This document shows positions 60,898-64,000 of a DNA stretch of 64,000 bases, piece by piece. Position 1 is the stretch's first letter. Every line of letters begins with the position of its first letter. Where the stretch lies: NCBI RefSeq assembly GCF_000315625.1, contig NW_005434616.1:376805-440804 (forward strand). Reading direction: 5' to 3'. The position numbers were made by a program, and so were the translations under genes. The notes under the pieces were generated by a model. That model was given only the letters and a program-made list of their open reading frames with translations, made no database searches and was not told the origin of the DNA. Source of the stretch: Guillardia theta CCMP2712. Taxonomy: Eukaryota > Protista > Cryptophyta.

Positions 60898-63617
60898 TCA
60901 GGCTGTTGGGCAGGAGCAGGTTGCAGTGGGGTGCAGGCAAGAAAGGATCCTCTTGAAAACTCCTTCCACTCGCCTGAAAGTCATCTTAGCACAGCCTATA
61001 GGACTGCCCAGCGAATGATGATGGGAGGGAGGATGCACCATTGGAGTAAGCATGCAGATGATGTGTAGTACAGTGTGTAGTAGGTGGCACAGCAGGGAAG
61101 GAGATTGTGGCGCTCAGAGAGTTGGGAGAGGAATGGAGAGCAGAGGGTGTGTGGGAGGAGATGGGTGGAAGGCTCCTTGGGAAACGGCAGGACCAATGGA
61201 GGGAGGGAAGGCAGAAGAAAGGAGAGCAAGAAGGTGGAGCAACGGAACATGGGGTGGAGAGGCTCAGGACTTACTTCTGGACGTCGGCGCTCTCACAGCT
61301 GACCACCTGGTTGACAACATCGACAGTGACCTCCCAGCCATCGACTTCCATCCCCAGCATCGAGCTATCACTCAGTTTCGACTTCTGATCCACCACCTGC
61401 ACAGCTCCGTAGCGCTCCTCCAGCATGGTCTTGACGATGGCGACCATCTCGTTCTCGCAATTCTCTTCCTTGATCATGGCCTTGTTGGTCGTTGGGTTGC
61501 TCAGAGTCTGTACGGGTTCGTCAGCAGCGTCGAGCACTCCCAACAAGAATGTCTGACCTGAAGGACGACGCTGAGGACAGAGTCGGCCACGAGGTCGTTG
61601 ACGGGGTTGGACGCCCACTCGAGTTGGATCATGTTGATGGCCGTCTGCGGTTCATAGATGAGGAGGAACGGGAGCAAGAAGTAAGAGGAGCACCTTCCGG
61701 ACTGTCACAGCATCGAGGATTCTGATGGGGAACTCTTTCTCCTTGAAGTGAAGGATTTTTTTCTTCTCCTTGCCTTCCTTCCCAGTGCCCCCGGCTGCCT
61801 CTTGGCCCTTCACTGAGCCATCCGCCGAGAAGTTGTCAACATGCATCATCTCCTTGTCCGTCTTGATCTGAAGGAAGGGAGAGTCAGGTCGAGCACACAG
61901 GGCACAGCAGCTCACCTCTACTATCGAGTCGAAGAGCTTCGACAGGTGGAACCGGAGCACGTCCCATGGCTGGTGGAAGGGGATGCTCTGCCTCTGGATC
62001 AGGTGGGAGACCTCTAACCCAGCGTGGGCTCCCATCTCGTCCACTCCGACTATGGTCAGCTGGAAATTCTTGTGAAGCACTACACCGTGCAGGCTTCCTC
62101 CTGTCTTGGGTCTCTCGACAGCCAAAGATCCCACAACCTTGGCGACTTTGCTCTCGTGGAAGGTCAAGGTGACATTCTCGGTGTTCTGAGGAGACCAGAC
62201 TCCTACACCCATGTGCTCATACTTGGACACCAGCTGCTTCTTCAAAGACGCCATCATGTTCGCCTCCCCGTGCACCAGGACGATGTGGGAGGGTCGGAGC
62301 TCGTCGATGAATTGAGAAGTCTGGATGAAATCCGCATGGGCTGAGAAGGAGATGTAGTGAACCCTGATCTTCAGGGGCACCTCCTTACCATCCTGCAGTG
62401 TGTGTGTAGCGGGTTGAGCGTCAAGCAGTTCCTTGGCCAGGGTGTTCTGTACACAATACCCTGTGATGACAACTGAGTTGTGACGGTATTCACACCATCT
62501 GCAGCTCAAGTGTCAACGGCATCTAGGCCAAGTACAAGGATCATTACCTGTCAAAGAGATCTCGGGATGGCCCGTTCTGAAGCATTCCAGGAGAGGCCAT
62601 AACAACGCATGGACAGTTGTCTTGGAACTCCGCCATCGTCGTCATGTAGCGGATGTGACGAAACTCGAAGGGATTCTCGATATCGTTGAGATGACGGATG
62701 CGATTGTTCATCTGATTGATGTAAGTCTGATAAGAAGCAATACATCTTTTGGCCATCCCCGACAGGCATATGATGGGATATCTGTGCAGTTCTGGATTTT
62801 TCCTCCAATACTCGTCGAGGAGCAGCAGAAGTTCCTGCGCCCTTCCTATCGCAAAGACGGGAAGCAGGACTCTCCCTCCCAGCTGCAGCGTGCTGACAAC
62901 CGCCTCAAGAAATCGTTTCTCTCTTGATCGCCGAGGTTCGTGGGTCTGAACACCATAGGTCGACTCCACCACAAGCACGTGCACCTGGACTGAAGGCATC
63001 TCAGCAGCCATCAAGTGCCTATCCTCCTGACGAGAGTAGTCTCCTGTGTAGAGCAGACGTACTCCTGCTATCTGGACAATGAACATGCAAGCGCCAAGCA
63101 CATGCCCAGCATTGTAGCACCAGAACTTGACGCCCTCCACCTCCACCTCCTGATGGTAGTCAATGCAGATGATCTTGTTTACAGTCTCTTGAATATCTTT
63201 CTCTGTGTACAAACTTCCTCCATACTGCTCTGATATTCCAGAAACTTTGATGAAGTCTGACCATACCAACTTGCAGATTGCAAGAGTGGGGTAGGTCATG
63301 TATACCTTGCCCTTGAATGTTGTTTTGGTCAGGAAATATGGCACGGATGCGGCATGGTCAACGTGAAAATGAGTGACAAGGAGAAGATCGATGGATTCAG
63401 CATCAACTTCGTCGAAGAATGGAAGTGATTCTTCTCCTCGATAGCCTGGATGCGCCCCGCAATCGAACATGATGGTTTTCCCCTTGAATTTCAGCAAGCA
63501 ACACGACCTCCCAACTTCGTTCCCTGCACCAAGAGGGATGAATTCAAGCGTTTCATCGCCTTGGAAAGGAAAGCTTCTCTTCGCCGATCCTGGCCCCAAC
63601 GTAATGTGCGGTTCCAT
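60898..63617 (-). CDS. CPSF3: CPSF73/Ysh1 pre-mRNA 3'-end endonuclease (metallo-beta-lactamase/beta-CASP)
   Basis: PLGAGNEVGRSC, THFHVDH, NAGHVLGA, YTGDYSRQEDRHL, VESTYG, PVFAIGRAQELL, ASPGMLQNG, SFSAHAD, LVHGE; C-terminal CPSF73-100_C exons. Confidence 0.97.
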
Positions 63618-64000
63618 CTTCACCCTCTCCCTCCTCTCAACCCGCTTTTAGCTGACCTGCCGGTTCCTCACGTACCCTCCAGCAGTGTTTCAACCGACTT
63701 ACTTCACAGCTCTGCTGCCCTCAGCATGCTTCATCGTCATCATTCTCATACTTCTCCTCTCCTCTCCCCTCCCCTCTCTCGTCTCTACTCCGTCATCGTC
63801 AGACCTGAGCCGCGCATGTCAGCTCCTTGGACTGCTGCGACCACCGGTACTCTTCACATGCGTAACTTGGGGTCATAGACATAGGGGGTGAAATCATCAG
63901 TGAGTGGGCGCCGGCCCTGGATTAAACCTCCGATAGACCGGGCCGAGCAACCCGACTCGGCACCGTGCCACCAGCTATACAAACTTCAGCTTGCCTCTAA

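Overview
Gene-dense eukaryotic nuclear DNA with many ~40-60 nt GT-AG introns, longer introns filled with (GGA/CCT)n tracts, and three 100-N assembly gaps. The style (tiny introns, bipartite plastid leaders, single-domain channel) suggests a cryptophyte alga such as Hanusia or Guillardia; this is an inference. Recognisable genes: WD40 protein (partial), Nop15/NIFK-like RRM protein, PPP-family phosphatase, PH + single-domain voltage-gated channel + EF-hand protein, a large acidic coiled-coil membrane protein, LTO1/ORAOV1, a plastid-targeted protein, PPP4R2, NSUN2/Trm4-like m5C methyltransferase, SSADH, MOG1, two MGCG-acylated proteins and CPSF73. The accessory zone is about 32.2-41.5 kb. It holds a 5'-truncated CRE-type RLE non-LTR retrotransposon followed by a 6.4-kb mosaic. 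The mosaic is built from four copies of an element with phased 21-bp CTGACTTAT repeats, a 1.2-kb-arm inverted repeat, two identical unannotated 52-aa membrane-peptide sORFs, two paralogs of a small gene, and three captured fragments of the adjacent NSUN gene in both orientations, which makes it a candidate hairpin-RNA regulator or gene nursery. Intergenic regions upstream of genes repeat a CCGG/CTCAGTG island followed by a GGGGTA cluster. Exon boundaries were read by eye and are approximate.
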